Source: a virus
Lineage: Duplodnaviria > Caudoviricetes
DNA: 64,000 bases
IMG/VR virus record: IMGVR_UViG_3300017716_001697
Coordinates: 160,001 to 224,000 of that record
Direction: 5' to 3' (one strand)
The notes below the pieces were generated by a model, which saw nothing but the letters and a program-made list of their open reading frames with translations, made no database searches and was not told the DNA's origin. Positions 47,632 to 56,795 of the stretch are shown piece by piece. The translations under genes were made by a program, and so were the position numbers. Numbering within the stretch: position 1 is the stretch's first letter; each line of letters begins with the position of its first letter.

Positions 47632-47973
47632 ATGGAAGAAGATCGTACACAGTATACATTCACATTCAACCCGAATGATGAAAAATCATTCAATCGAATT
47701 AAAAGTAGATTGGATCCAGAAGAATATACAGTTGACGAAGAAATTCGCAAGGTTGATGAAGAGCAAGGCAAATATAGCGACCTAACTACCAAAATGACTA
47801 TGGTGCCGGAAGCAGCATCAACATTCCGCTTTGGGATGAAGGAAGTTAAGATCCGTCGGTATCGCACAGAAGCAGAAGAAGCCGAAATTAAGGCCCAGGA
47901 AGAAAAGAACAAGATCTCAATCACCATTAAGGTCGACGGGTGGGATGGTACAGGGCCACTACCTAAGATTTAA
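47632..47973 (+). CDS. Hypothetical protein
   Basis: 113 aa, AGGAG RBS. Confidence 0.65.
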   Translation: MEEDRTQYTFTFNPNDEKSFNRIKSRLDPEEYTVDEEIRKVDEEQGKYSDLTTKMTMVPEAASTFRFGMKEVKIRRYRTEAEEAEIKAQEEKNKISITIKVDGWDGTGPLPKI

Positions 47974-48476
47974 TGGGCTTAACTGAAGAGCAAATCTGCG
48001 AACTTATAGCGTGTAAGGATTTGGATACATTCTGTGCTAAAATAGGGCATCATCCTCTTAAGATGGTGTTCGATCTTAAACAGATTATGTATCCAACCAG
48101 AGCGGACATAATTGTCTATATGCTGTGGTCAGTGATATACAATTTCGATAAAACGTATTTCATTATAGAAAATTCTATAACACAATGCAGAGAGACAATG
48201 CGGCAATTTTATCAGCTAGCTGCTAGACTGCCTATGTGGATGCAACCCGAACCTTGGAAAATGCAAAGTGCATGCATTGATTTTGCAAACGGGTGTAAAT
48301 TAAGGACAATCAGTAATAGCACAAATTTAAGAGGATGGACAATATCCGGTGCTATGATATCCACTGACATTGTTGGTGAGAAGTCACAGAAACTTTGTCA
48401 CGATCTAATACCTGCTATAATATCTAACCGACCTATAATAGAATTCAACAATGGAGCAGAAATATGGGACACATAA
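47973..48476 (+). CDS. Degenerate terminase large-subunit ATPase-like fragment
   Basis: YNFDK...LPMWMQP...IDFANG...LRG...LIPAIISNR parallels T4 gp17 FNKDK...LPDFLQP...IELDNG...VRG...IQPVISSGR (recalled); no Walker A. Confidence 0.6.
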   Translation: MGLTEEQICELIACKDLDTFCAKIGHHPLKMVFDLKQIMYPTRADIIVYMLWSVIYNFDKTYFIIENSITQCRETMRQFYQLAARLPMWMQPEPWKMQSACIDFANGCKLRTISNSTNLRGWTISGAMISTDIVGEKSQKLCHDLIPAIISNRPIIEFNNGAEIWDT

Positions 48477-48745
48477 TGAATAACCGACTTAAAACACTTG
48501 CCGCTGAAGCACATGTTATTGTATATGCAGACAGCCCGGGTAAAGGTCCCGTGGATGTTGCACTCAATCTAAAAGCTTTGGAAAAATTTGCTGAACTGAT
48601 TATCGCAGATTGTTCTAATGCAATAGGTAAGAATATTGTCGGTAGTGTACACAGTGCAGCAGGACCGTGGAATAGTGCGGTTGCAAAATGTCAACAGGTA
48701 TTGCGCGATCATTATACCGGGCACGGAGGTGTAGAGAATGAATAA
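48476..48745 (+). CDS. MNERI/KFAEL family small protein
   Basis: MNNRLKTLA...EKFAELIIADC...LRDHY. Confidence 0.7.
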   Translation: MNNRLKTLAAEAHVIVYADSPGKGPVDVALNLKALEKFAELIIADCSNAIGKNIVGSVHSAAGPWNSAVAKCQQVLRDHYTGHGGVENE

Positions 48746-48880
48746 ACCTAGGGAGCGAATTGGCTACTATATAGGAAGTTTTTTCCTATTGCCGTTAGCA
48801 CTGGTACTAAACATTCTTCGATATATAGAACATGCTAACTATAAACGCAACGAAGCAAGAGAGAATAAGAAGAGACTAAA

Positions 48881-49144
48881 ATGAGTAATCTACACAACAA
48901 TATTAAGAACCCGATAATTAGACAGATAGCAGATGAATGTACGCATCGTAGCGTAGGTGACTTTGGATTAATAATTGTTGGTGGCGTTAAGATTGAAGAG
49001 TTTGCACAAGCAATTATCAAGGAATGTGTTAAACGTATCCTAGATGATTGTAATGCACAGCTTAATTCTGGTGCTACAATTAACCTTGGTGGAATAACGC
49101 AGGCAAAGAAATCAATCAAGAATCATTTTGGTGTAGATGTATGA
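48881..49144 (+). CDS. MNERI/KFAEL/HFG family small protein
   Basis: EEFAQAIIKEC...IKNHFGV. Confidence 0.7.
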   Translation: MSNLHNNIKNPIIRQIADECTHRSVGDFGLIIVGGVKIEEFAQAIIKECVKRILDDCNAQLNSGATINLGGITQAKKSIKNHFGVDV

Positions 49145-49335
49145 ACACGCGAATTAACGAACTGCTGGTAAAGTGTACTCAACCATCCATTGATGGTATA
49201 GGCAACTGGGTTGATCAGGATAAACTTATCAAACTGATTATTGCTGAATGTGCAGATACAATTGATACATGGGGAGATTCTGGGCGGTTTAAAACTTTCG
49301 GCCAAAGGTTGAAAGCACACTTTGACGAAAATTGA
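49141..49335 (+). CDS. MNERI family small protein
   Basis: MNTRINEL...LIIAEC...LKAHF. Confidence 0.7.
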   Translation: MNTRINELLVKCTQPSIDGIGNWVDQDKLIKLIIAECADTIDTWGDSGRFKTFGQRLKAHFDEN

Positions 49336-49354
49336 CACTATTGGTAAATATAGT

Positions 49355-49804
49355 ATGCTTAAATTATTTGTTAAATTACTGTTACTTGTATCTTGCGTAG
49401 CCTATGCACAGCAACCTATAAGAGAAATACAATGGGTTAAGATACACGATCTTACGCATCCAGAATTTACTACATACTTCGATGCTAAGACATTAAATCG
49501 TACAGTTGATAAGGACGGTGATTTTGGTGTAGGTGTTATTGCATATCACAGAGCTGAACCTATTACTGTGGATTTTGGGTTAGGTAAGAAAACTGTTACT
49601 ACGTTTGCTAGACACTATATGGTCGATTGTAAACATGCAAGAATAACTCCGATGGAAGATTTCTATTTCAACAATGCTAATAGATTACCTACAGCACTGG
49701 ACCGCCCAGTGGGTGCAGTTAATTACGAAAGTGCTACCGCTGAGCCAACAAAGATATCAAGAGACAATCCGGTATTTAAAACCTTGTGTCCGACATACAT
49801 CTGA
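49355..49804 (+). CDS. Secreted protein, surface-adhesin-E-like
   Basis: Signal peptide (VSCVAYA); YFD...T...YMVDC pattern. Confidence 0.55.
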   Translation: MLKLFVKLLLLVSCVAYAQQPIREIQWVKIHDLTHPEFTTYFDAKTLNRTVDKDGDFGVGVIAYHRAEPITVDFGLGKKTVTTFARHYMVDCKHARITPMEDFYFNNANRLPTALDRPVGAVNYESATAEPTKISRDNPVFKTLCPTYI

Positions 49805-49810
49805 TTTACA

Positions 49811-49897
49811 ATCTCAGTTTTCGATCTCAGATTTGTATCTCAGATTTGGATTTTAAAATAGGAAAGTTGCACGGGAATCGTGCACGAAAATCGCACG
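49811..49897. repeat. Two sets of 13-nt-phased short direct repeats in an intergenic region
   Basis: ATCTCAG at 49811, 49824, 49837; GCACG at 49869, 49882, 49893. Confidence 0.75.
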
Positions 49898-49950
49898 TAT
49901 AGACACACCCGCTATTTGACTTGTGTACGCATATCGTGTATTATACGTGT

Positions 49951-50478
49951 ATGAATAATAAAGAAGACAACGGCGAACAACTGTTCGAAGAGCTGGCGAA
50001 GTCATACCCAGAATTGATGCAGAAATCGACTATAGGTGAGCACTTAGGTGTCGACGATGGTTGGTTTAATATCATCAATGCATTATGTTCCTGTATCTAC
50101 AGTAAATTGTACCAAGCAAAAAGTAGACTGGCGGGTGCTACAGAATACCCGCGTGATGATGGCGGTGCCTATTTGCAAGAGACTACCGCAGCAGTAGAAG
50201 CCGAGTTAGAAGCATTGCCAGAGATTGTGCAGATAAAAGAAAAATACGGAACGCTGAGATTCTATGTACATAATGGATCAGATCGGGTATATGACTTAAT
50301 CGACTTTGCTGAGACAATGTCCGAAACCACATGCGAGGTTTGTGGTAAGCCCGGTGAAGCAGACCACGGAAGTGGATGGGTTAAGACGCATTGCATCGAT
50401 CATAGGCATCCAGAAAAAAACAGTAAAATGCAGGCTGACGGAAAGGTTTTCGCGGCTATCGACGACGAAAATGCTTAA
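49951..50478 (+). CDS. Hypothetical protein with C-terminal zinc ribbon
   Basis: QIKEKYGTLRFY, TCEVCGKPG, GWVKTHC. Confidence 0.75.
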   Translation: MNNKEDNGEQLFEELAKSYPELMQKSTIGEHLGVDDGWFNIINALCSCIYSKLYQAKSRLAGATEYPRDDGGAYLQETTAAVEAELEALPEIVQIKEKYGTLRFYVHNGSDRVYDLIDFAETMSETTCEVCGKPGEADHGSGWVKTHCIDHRHPEKNSKMQADGKVFAAIDDENA

Positions 50479-50602
50479 AGAATTTCGCGTGTTGCGAATA
50501 CCTGATTCCAATCCTTACAATTGTTGGGTTTAGACAACACCGATCAACTTGACATTGGTCATTTCAAAAAGTTTAATTATTACATCTTGTTACAACTATC
50601 AG

Positions 50603-50631
50603 TTGACAAGTTTCAAGTTTTACTATATAAT
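50603..50631 (+). promoter_or_regulatory. sigma70-type promoter
   Basis: TTGACA-N17-TATAAT. Confidence 0.8.
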
Positions 50632-50912
50632 AAAGGCTTACGGGAGATACTATGCTAGAAGACGAAAACGAAGACTGGTACGACGCTGACGGAAACTGTG
50701 ATGAAAACGGTTGCTTCGACGCTGGTGGCCACTTCTATAGTGAGCGTGGTGCGGCAGCAGGTGATGATTACAAAGATCGCATGCAAGACAGGGATATGGG
50801 GCTCTAATGATTGAGCTTCTGCTGATTGTCTGTGTGACAATTGTCATTCTACCATTAGCGCATGCTAAAGCAGAAGAAATTCACGAACGTGCAAGAAAAA
50901 TGGAAATAGAAA

Positions 50913-51209
50913 ATGACCGTGCCGAACTCGAATAGTATGAAAGAACAGATTGCACGATTTGCCGATATGGCCGGGTGGTATGTGTCAGACGAAGGTGTGA
51001 TATTCTCGAACAATCGTAGCGGCATTGTTAACAATGAGCTAGAAAAGTTTGCCAATCTCATTATCTTGCAGTGTATATCGTCTTGCCGTACTGTAGGTAA
51101 CGTGGCCGAGATTACTAACGACGGCGAAATGGCACGCAAGACTAAGGCTACCGCTAACAGTTGTGAAATGTTAATCAAGCAATATTTTGGAATTACAAAT
51201 GAAGACTGA
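50913..51209 (+). CDS. MNERI/KFAEL/HFG family small protein
   Basis: MKEQIARFADMAG...EKFANLIILQC...KQYFGI. Confidence 0.7.
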   Translation: MTVPNSNSMKEQIARFADMAGWYVSDEGVIFSNNRSGIVNNELEKFANLIILQCISSCRTVGNVAEITNDGEMARKTKATANSCEMLIKQYFGITNED

Positions 51210-51579
51210 ACAATTCATCGACCCTGTCGAAGCACTAGACCGTTTAAAAGTGCTCACCGAAGGGGACAACACCATTGAGGTCTATAAAACCGATGATGGG
51301 TTATATCAGTTGTCGTGGGTGGAAAACGTAAAATACACGGCATTCGATGGTACAGAATACACTGATGAGGTGTGGACTAAAGAAGATGGCACTATGATGC
51401 CCGTCCAAACTATCGAATTAGCCCATGCTCATAACATCATTCGTATGATGCTCAGGAACGAGCGGCTACAGAATATGGATGATTCACTCGTAATCGACCA
51501 ATTAGAGGCACTACTAGACAGCGCAGAGGATGTGATATCTACTGTGCTGACAACTGACTCTAATCGGGTGCTTCATTAA
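51199..51579 (+). CDS. Hypothetical protein
   Basis: WTKEDG...IELAHAHNII. Confidence 0.65.
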   Translation: MKTEQFIDPVEALDRLKVLTEGDNTIEVYKTDDGLYQLSWVENVKYTAFDGTEYTDEVWTKEDGTMMPVQTIELAHAHNIIRMMLRNERLQNMDDSLVIDQLEALLDSAEDVISTVLTTDSNRVLH

Positions 51580-51603
51580 TTTGATAAATAAATAATATAA
51601 CAG

Positions 51604-51632
51604 TTGACAGCATTGTCAAACACTGTTACAAT
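51604..51632 (+). promoter_or_regulatory. sigma70-type promoter
   Basis: TTGACA-N17-TACAAT upstream of tRNA-Arg. Confidence 0.75.
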
Positions 51633-51744
51633 ACATACATCGCAACAAGGAGTCTATTATGCTTAATCAAATTGCAATGTATGTTAACTGGGAATTCATG
51701 GCTTCAGTCGTCATCCCGGTTCTGACTCGACTGTTTTAAACACT

Positions 51745-51820
51745 TCTGGCGTTAGTACAATGGATAGTACAGGGGATTTCTACTCCCTAGATAGGGGTTC
51801 GATTCCTCTACGCCGGACCA
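51745..51820 (+). tRNA. tRNA-Arg(UCU)
   Basis: 76 nt; acceptor TCTGGCG/CGCCGGA, anticodon arm GGGGA-TT-TCT-AC-TCCCT, GGTTCGATTCC, encoded CCA. Confidence 0.93.
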
Positions 51821-51837
51821 CCTAATTGAGAATACAA

Positions 51838-52095
51838 ATGACTATTTTACAAGAAACCAAACGTGTTGATTTCGACCCCGCTATTACCGAGCATCGTCAT
51901 GCTGTGGTAGCGTTCATGAAGCGTACAGCGTGGATGGACTCGCCTTTGCGATTCAATTACGACCCTGACTACGGCAGCGTTGCCGACCAAGTTCGCATTA
52001 AGATGCTGGACTGGTACATCGAGCAAGACACAGGCTTCAAGCCAGCGCCACACAAGAATCTCCCGGTGTTCGAACGCAGGCACGAAGATGTTTAG
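51838..52095 (+). CDS. Hypothetical protein
   Basis: ATG 51838. Confidence 0.6.
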   Translation: MTILQETKRVDFDPAITEHRHAVVAFMKRTAWMDSPLRFNYDPDYGSVADQVRIKMLDWYIEQDTGFKPAPHKNLPVFERRHEDV

Positions 52096-52372
52096 TCCAC
52101 GTAACAAAATTGAAACTGTGACAATGATGGCATCCGAAGTTGAGACAGTGGACACACTGTACGAACTTTGCGATGCTGAATTCAACAGCAGAAGTGATGT
52201 GCATAACAGCTTCCAATCCGCACGTGGTGCAGCGAGCTGGGCACGATACTTCCTATTGCACGAAGTGCGTAAGGTAGCGGCTCGTGAAGATATCTTCTGT
52301 AGCTATCACATGGCATTTGTGGTTGCATCTAAGCTGTCAGAAGTCTGGTTTGAACAGAAAGAAACAGCGTGA
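52088..52372 (+). CDS. Hypothetical protein
   Basis: ATG 52088. Confidence 0.55.
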   Translation: MFSPRNKIETVTMMASEVETVDTLYELCDAEFNSRSDVHNSFQSARGAASWARYFLLHEVRKVAAREDIFCSYHMAFVVASKLSEVWFEQKETA

Positions 52373-52566
52373 CATACGAAAGCAGAAAAGAGCAAGCAGA
52401 ACAAATTCTTGCGCTAACTCTGCTGGATATATCAGTACTCCGGCATGCCGCAGCACGCCAACAATCCATTACACACGAAAAGCATATTGATCATCATTAT
52501 CGCGACGCAATTGATGTGTTAGAAAAGAAAGCTGTGAGCGACAGAGCATATCTTGCTAGGTTTTAG
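52369..52566 (+). CDS. Hypothetical protein
   Basis: 65 aa, GTG start. Confidence 0.5.
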   Translation: MTYESRKEQAEQILALTLLDISVLRHAAARQQSITHEKHIDHHYRDAIDVLEKKAVSDRAYLARF

Positions 52567-52746
52567 GATACGGTATGATTTGTCCGAAATGTGATACACT
52601 GATGGGTGCAATGGGGTATGGTGATGAACGGTGTCCTGCTTGTGGACACACATCATATTCTGAATCTGATGAAGAATTTAATCTTCGCATATACGGTACA
52701 ACATTCCGTGAAGGCGAAGATATTGACACTGAACAAAGAGAATAAT

Positions 52747-53940
52747 ATGGAAATCGAAAATGTAAAAATGTGGGTAGGTGATATGGAAGTAGAGCAAGCA
52801 GCTCTATCCCAAATCCTAAACATTTCCCAACTACCTATCCTTGCTGGACACATGGCTATCATGCCAGACGTACACATGGGTAAAGGTGCCACTGTGGGTT
52901 CTGTTATCCCTACACGTTCTGCAATTATTCCTGCGGCTGTGGGTGTGGATATCGGCTGTGGTATGATTGCAGCAATGACCAACCTTACTGCCGATGATCT
53001 TCCTGACTCATTGTTTTCGTTGCGTAATGCAATTGAAAAGGTAGTACCTGTAGGATTCAACGAACACGCAAAGGGCATCCCTTCTGTATCGGGACCTTAC
53101 GCAGATATCCTGCGCAAGAATTTGCACAAGACAATGGATCAATGGGATCACTTGGCAATGAAGCAGCACCTTGGTCGTGCTGACGAAAAGCGCATTGCTC
53201 GCCAAATCGGTACGCTAGGTGGTGGTAACCACTTTATCGAAATCTGTCTCGATACATCTAACCGTGTGTGGATTATGTTACACAGTGGTTCACGCGGTAT
53301 CGGCAATCAAATCGGCACTGTTGCAATCGAAATGGCTAAAGAACAGGCTGCTAAACGTGCATGGGGTCTCCCTGATGCTGATCTTGCATGGCTGGACGAA
53401 GGCACAACCGAATTCGATGCATACATTGAGGCAATGCATTGGGCACAGGACTATGCAAAATTCAACCGCGATACAATGCTGAATTTGGTTATTTCTGCAA
53501 TGAAGGTAAAGTTTCCTACAATGAAGATTGTTGGCGAAGTTGTAAACTGCCACCATAATTTTACAAGCGTGGAAGAGCACTTCAATGAAAAGATCTGGGT
53601 GACACGTAAGGGTGCAGTTTCTGCGCAGTATGGGCAAATGGGTATTATTCCCGGCTCAATGGGTGCAAAGTCATTCATTGTTCGCGGTAAAGGTAATCCT
53701 GATTCCTACTGCTCGTGTTCGCATGGTGCTGGTCGTAAGATGAGCCGCAACCAAGCTAAGAAGTTGTTCACATCACTTGATCTAGAACAACAAACAGCCG
53801 GTGTTGAGTGCCGTAAGGATGCAGACGTAGTTGATGAAATTCCGGGTGCATATAAGGATATTGATCAGGTAATGGCAGCGCAGGCTGATTTGGTTGATAT
53901 TGTACACACGTTGAAGCAAGTTCTTTGTATTAAGGGGTAA
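52747..53940 (+). CDS. rtcB: RtcB RNA 3'-phosphate/5'-OH ligase
   Basis: MPDVH, AVGVDIGCG, GTLGGGNHF, LHSGSRG, HHNF, PGSMG, SCSHGAGR, DEIPGAYK; likely start ATG 52747. Confidence 0.97.
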   Translation: MEIENVKMWVGDMEVEQAALSQILNISQLPILAGHMAIMPDVHMGKGATVGSVIPTRSAIIPAAVGVDIGCGMIAAMTNLTADDLPDSLFSLRNAIEKVVPVGFNEHAKGIPSVSGPYADILRKNLHKTMDQWDHLAMKQHLGRADEKRIARQIGTLGGGNHFIEICLDTSNRVWIMLHSGSRGIGNQIGTVAIEMAKEQAAKRAWGLPDADLAWLDEGTTEFDAYIEAMHWAQDYAKFNRDTMLNLVISAMKVKFPTMKIVGEVVNCHHNFTSVEEHFNEKIWVTRKGAVSAQYGQMGIIPGSMGAKSFIVRGKGNPDSYCSCSHGAGRKMSRNQAKKLFTSLDLEQQTAGVECRKDADVVDEIPGAYKDIDQVMAAQADLVDIVHTLKQVLCIKG

Positions 53941-53942
53941 TC

Positions 53943-54995
53943 ATGGGATCATGGAACGGAACATGTGCAGTATCTAACCTGCACGTACGAAGCGGGCAAG
54001 AGGTAGCAGTATTCATGCTGCTCGAAAACAAAAGATCAAAATCCTTCTGTTATGGTAATGCATTGTACGATGTATGCCCGTTACCATTCTATGGCAAGTA
54101 TAATGATTACGGTGCAGTAGAAGACTGCCAAGGCCCGGTGTTGCCCATTGTGGTTGACGAAATCAAGCGCCAGCTGTACGAATTTGGCCAAGGCCCGAAC
54201 AGTAGCCACGACATGGTAGTACGCAGGGCCGATTTTGACATTGATCTGTTATTTGAAGCCGACCACGAAGATCGTCTCGGTATTCAATATACACCCTTCT
54301 TCGACGAAGATGATTATGATCTTCGCGAATTGCGTAAAGACGGTGAAAAAGATCAACTTACACCAGATCAGCAATTCGAGCTTGACAGACTAGCCAACAA
54401 ACTCAAACAGGTAGATACATTTAGACGTGTTACACACGTAATTATTCATGGTGATATTTTCCGTGATATCATGAATAAATATTACATCGATGAATATGTT
54501 GGTGACAGCAAAGGTACAACAGGTTATGGAAATAACTATAACCGTGTATTCTTTAAGGATATTCTTGCATCTATTCCTGCATACATCGATGCCTGCAAGT
54601 CTGAAGCGGCAAGAATTAATGCTATGACTGACCCGCATGAACAATGGGCAGAACGAAACATTCCTAAGGATGAATGGAAGAATCCTAATCTTGCAGCAAG
54701 ATGGCTAAACAGCTTCAGTAATAGCAGCGAAGGATTCGGGCTTCTTCGTGTCGACGAATACATTCGCGAATATAAGAATGACGGCCGGTGGGACGAGCTG
54801 ACAGACTTTGTTACAGAAGCGTTAAAGGGTGCATGGGTAAATAGATATATGTCATCCATCCGTAAGCTGTGGTCGAAGCAGACAGGTGCCGGCTCTCAGA
54901 ATGATGAACATGATGGATACAATATCCTGATCCAATCAATGACAGACGTATTGGCGGCCGAGAAGAAGGCGTGGGATGACGAGAACGGGGAGTAG
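53943..54995 (+). CDS. Hypothetical protein
   Basis: 350 aa, directly coupled to rtcB. Confidence 0.75.
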   Translation: MGSWNGTCAVSNLHVRSGQEVAVFMLLENKRSKSFCYGNALYDVCPLPFYGKYNDYGAVEDCQGPVLPIVVDEIKRQLYEFGQGPNSSHDMVVRRADFDIDLLFEADHEDRLGIQYTPFFDEDDYDLRELRKDGEKDQLTPDQQFELDRLANKLKQVDTFRRVTHVIIHGDIFRDIMNKYYIDEYVGDSKGTTGYGNNYNRVFFKDILASIPAYIDACKSEAARINAMTDPHEQWAERNIPKDEWKNPNLAARWLNSFSNSSEGFGLLRVDEYIREYKNDGRWDELTDFVTEALKGAWVNRYMSSIRKLWSKQTGAGSQNDEHDGYNILIQSMTDVLAAEKKAWDDENGE

Positions 54996-55006
54996 TTGGT
55001 AATCAG

Positions 55007-55035
55007 TTGACATTGTTGCTGTGATAGTATATAAT
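55007..55035 (+). promoter_or_regulatory. sigma70-type promoter
   Basis: TTGACA-N17-TATAAT. Confidence 0.8.
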
Positions 55036-55054
55036 TTGTTAACAGGAGAAATTT

Positions 55055-55297
55055 ATGATTTTTACCGAAGACGAGCTTGCTCAAATAGATAAGTTGTTGC
55101 GCTGCAATGCGCCAGATTTGCCAGAGACTGTTGCAGCGGCCAGTAAGTTGGGAGCCGAGTTGAAAGCAAAATACGGGAATGATTTGCGAATACAAGGTAT
55201 GAATGAAGCTAGTGCTTTCTTCAAGGAAGCTCATGCTGCTGCCCGTCCGCAAGAAGAGGCAATAAAGTGGATTAAGAAGAATTCGAAGATTCACTAA
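55055..55297 (+). CDS. Hypothetical protein
   Basis: 80 aa, AGGAG RBS. Confidence 0.65.
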   Translation: MIFTEDELAQIDKLLRCNAPDLPETVAAASKLGAELKAKYGNDLRIQGMNEASAFFKEAHAAARPQEEAIKWIKKNSKIH

Positions 55298-55317
55298 ATA
55301 GTTTGTAAGAATATCGT

Positions 55318-55395
55318 GCGATGGTAGCTTAGATGGCCTAAAGCCCTCGACTCATAATCGAGATATCGTGGGTTCGACTCCCACCCGTCGCACCA
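55318..55395 (+). tRNA. tRNA with CAU anticodon (elongator Met or Ile2)
   Basis: Acceptor GCGATGG/CCGTCGC, CTCGA-CT-CAT-AA-TCGAG, GTGGG-TTCGACT-CCCAC, ACCA. Confidence 0.92.
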
Positions 55396-55715
55396 TTTAA
55401 TAAGGTAATAACAATGTTGTTCATTACGGACAATGGAAATATATAGAGACTCCTGATCACAGTAGCTTGCTATATTTCGCGATTGTTGAATCCTCGACGC
55501 GGATTCGTCTGTGGGTCAATGAGGACTGGTTGCGTGTGACCGGCGCAACAGGTAATAGATATATTTGTGTACGAGACGCTTCAATAATCGTGATTACCAA
55601 CCTTTAAGGTGTATAGCGGTCGTTCCGTTATGTACTGGTAGTGGAAGTATCTCTGCCTACAATCGTTGAGAGACGCCCTAGGCACATCTCTACATCGCGA
55701 CTGCCAACTATTATA
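55396..55715 (+). ncRNA. Candidate structured non-coding RNA after the CAU tRNA
   Basis: No long ORF; hairpins GAAATAT/ATATTTC, GAATCC/GGATTC, TTGCG/CGCAA, GGTAAT/ATTACC. Confidence 0.3.
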
Positions 55716-55759
55716 AAATAGTGCTTGCCCTGATTCCTGTTATATTGTATAATAGGGTT

Positions 55760-56272
55760 ATGAAGCACATACTATTACTACTGGCATTAATCCCTACCAC
55801 TGTAGAATTAGGTAAAGACATCATCTGCCGACGTGACCCACCTAAGATTGATGCTGCACAAGCAAAATGTTTGGCCACTACCATTTACGGCGAAGCTCGC
55901 GGGGAGAGCGAGAAGGGTCAGGTAGCAGTAGCATATACTGTCATGAATCGTGCTGTAAACCGCACATTATGCCAGGTTGCACTAGCACCTAAGCAGTACA
56001 GCATCTTTAACAATAACCCTGAATTACGAGCTGCGGCTACAAGCATGCATATCGAGCCAAAGCAGAAAAATGTCATCGATCAGAAAAGTTGGGATCGTGC
56101 TGTTAAGGTTGCTAACATGGTAATCCAACGTGCAGTCAAGGACCCAACTAACGGTGCAACACATTATCTTGCACCAATCGTAATGAAGGCTAAAAACTAT
56201 CGTTATCCGCGCTGGTCTAGGGAATACAAATTGGTCGCAGTGATTGACGGGCACAAATTCTTCAAAGCATAA
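55760..56272 (+). CDS. Cell wall hydrolase, SleB/Hydrolase_2 family
   Basis: CLATTIYGEARGES...VAVAYTVMNR, KQYS, DPTNGATHY, IDGHKFF; signal/TM N-terminus. Confidence 0.9.
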   Translation: MKHILLLLALIPTTVELGKDIICRRDPPKIDAAQAKCLATTIYGEARGESEKGQVAVAYTVMNRAVNRTLCQVALAPKQYSIFNNNPELRAAATSMHIEPKQKNVIDQKSWDRAVKVANMVIQRAVKDPTNGATHYLAPIVMKAKNYRYPRWSREYKLVAVIDGHKFFKA

Positions 56273-56273
56273 C

Positions 56274-56546
56274 ATGGCTATTAAACCAACTGACTATGTT
56301 GTCAACGTGAGTAAACTGCCAAATATACCTATGGATATGTGGCCCGCGTTCTGGATGAATTTCCAGAGACATATTGAGAAGAATATAAACTGGTCTGTCC
56401 GATATAACGGCGATCGTGTCGGGGACGAAATTAACAAATATCTTAGAAATATCGACGCCGAAATGAAACATAATAAGAAGAATGAAATCATTGTGAAATT
56501 TAAATCCGAAGCTGATTTCTTAATCTTCAAAATGAGATGGCTATGA
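56274..56546 (+). CDS. FKLRW-family small protein
   Basis: FWMNF...VKFKSEADFLIFKMRWL. Confidence 0.78.
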   Translation: MAIKPTDYVVNVSKLPNIPMDMWPAFWMNFQRHIEKNINWSVRYNGDRVGDEINKYLRNIDAEMKHNKKNEIIVKFKSEADFLIFKMRWL

Positions 56547-56794
56547 GTGGATATAGGGTTAACTTCGAAACACTCGAGCCCGATTTACCTACCTATCCTA
56601 CATGTTGGATTAATTTCTGCGACAAAGTACGAGAAGATGATGATTTTGTATCTAGGAGCGGCGGAATGCATTGCGCACTTACTGAGCGTCTCAAATCAAT
56701 TGGTATCAAACGCATAAAAGACCCCGCGCAGTGGGTTATACTTGAGTTCGAATCAGAGGCAGATTTTCTTGTCTTTAAACTAAGGTGGGGTTGA
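56537..56794 (+). CDS. FKLRW-family small protein
   Basis: CWINF...LEFESEADFLVFKLRWG. Confidence 0.78.
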   Translation: MAMSGYRVNFETLEPDLPTYPTCWINFCDKVREDDDFVSRSGGMHCALTERLKSIGIKRIKDPAQWVILEFESEADFLVFKLRWG

Positions 56795-56795
56795 T

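Noticed and set aside
52606-52746. 47-aa N-terminal extension of RtcB in the ORF track
   Set aside because: RtcB similarity begins at ATG 52747, and the upstream part overlaps a promoter-like AT-rich region.
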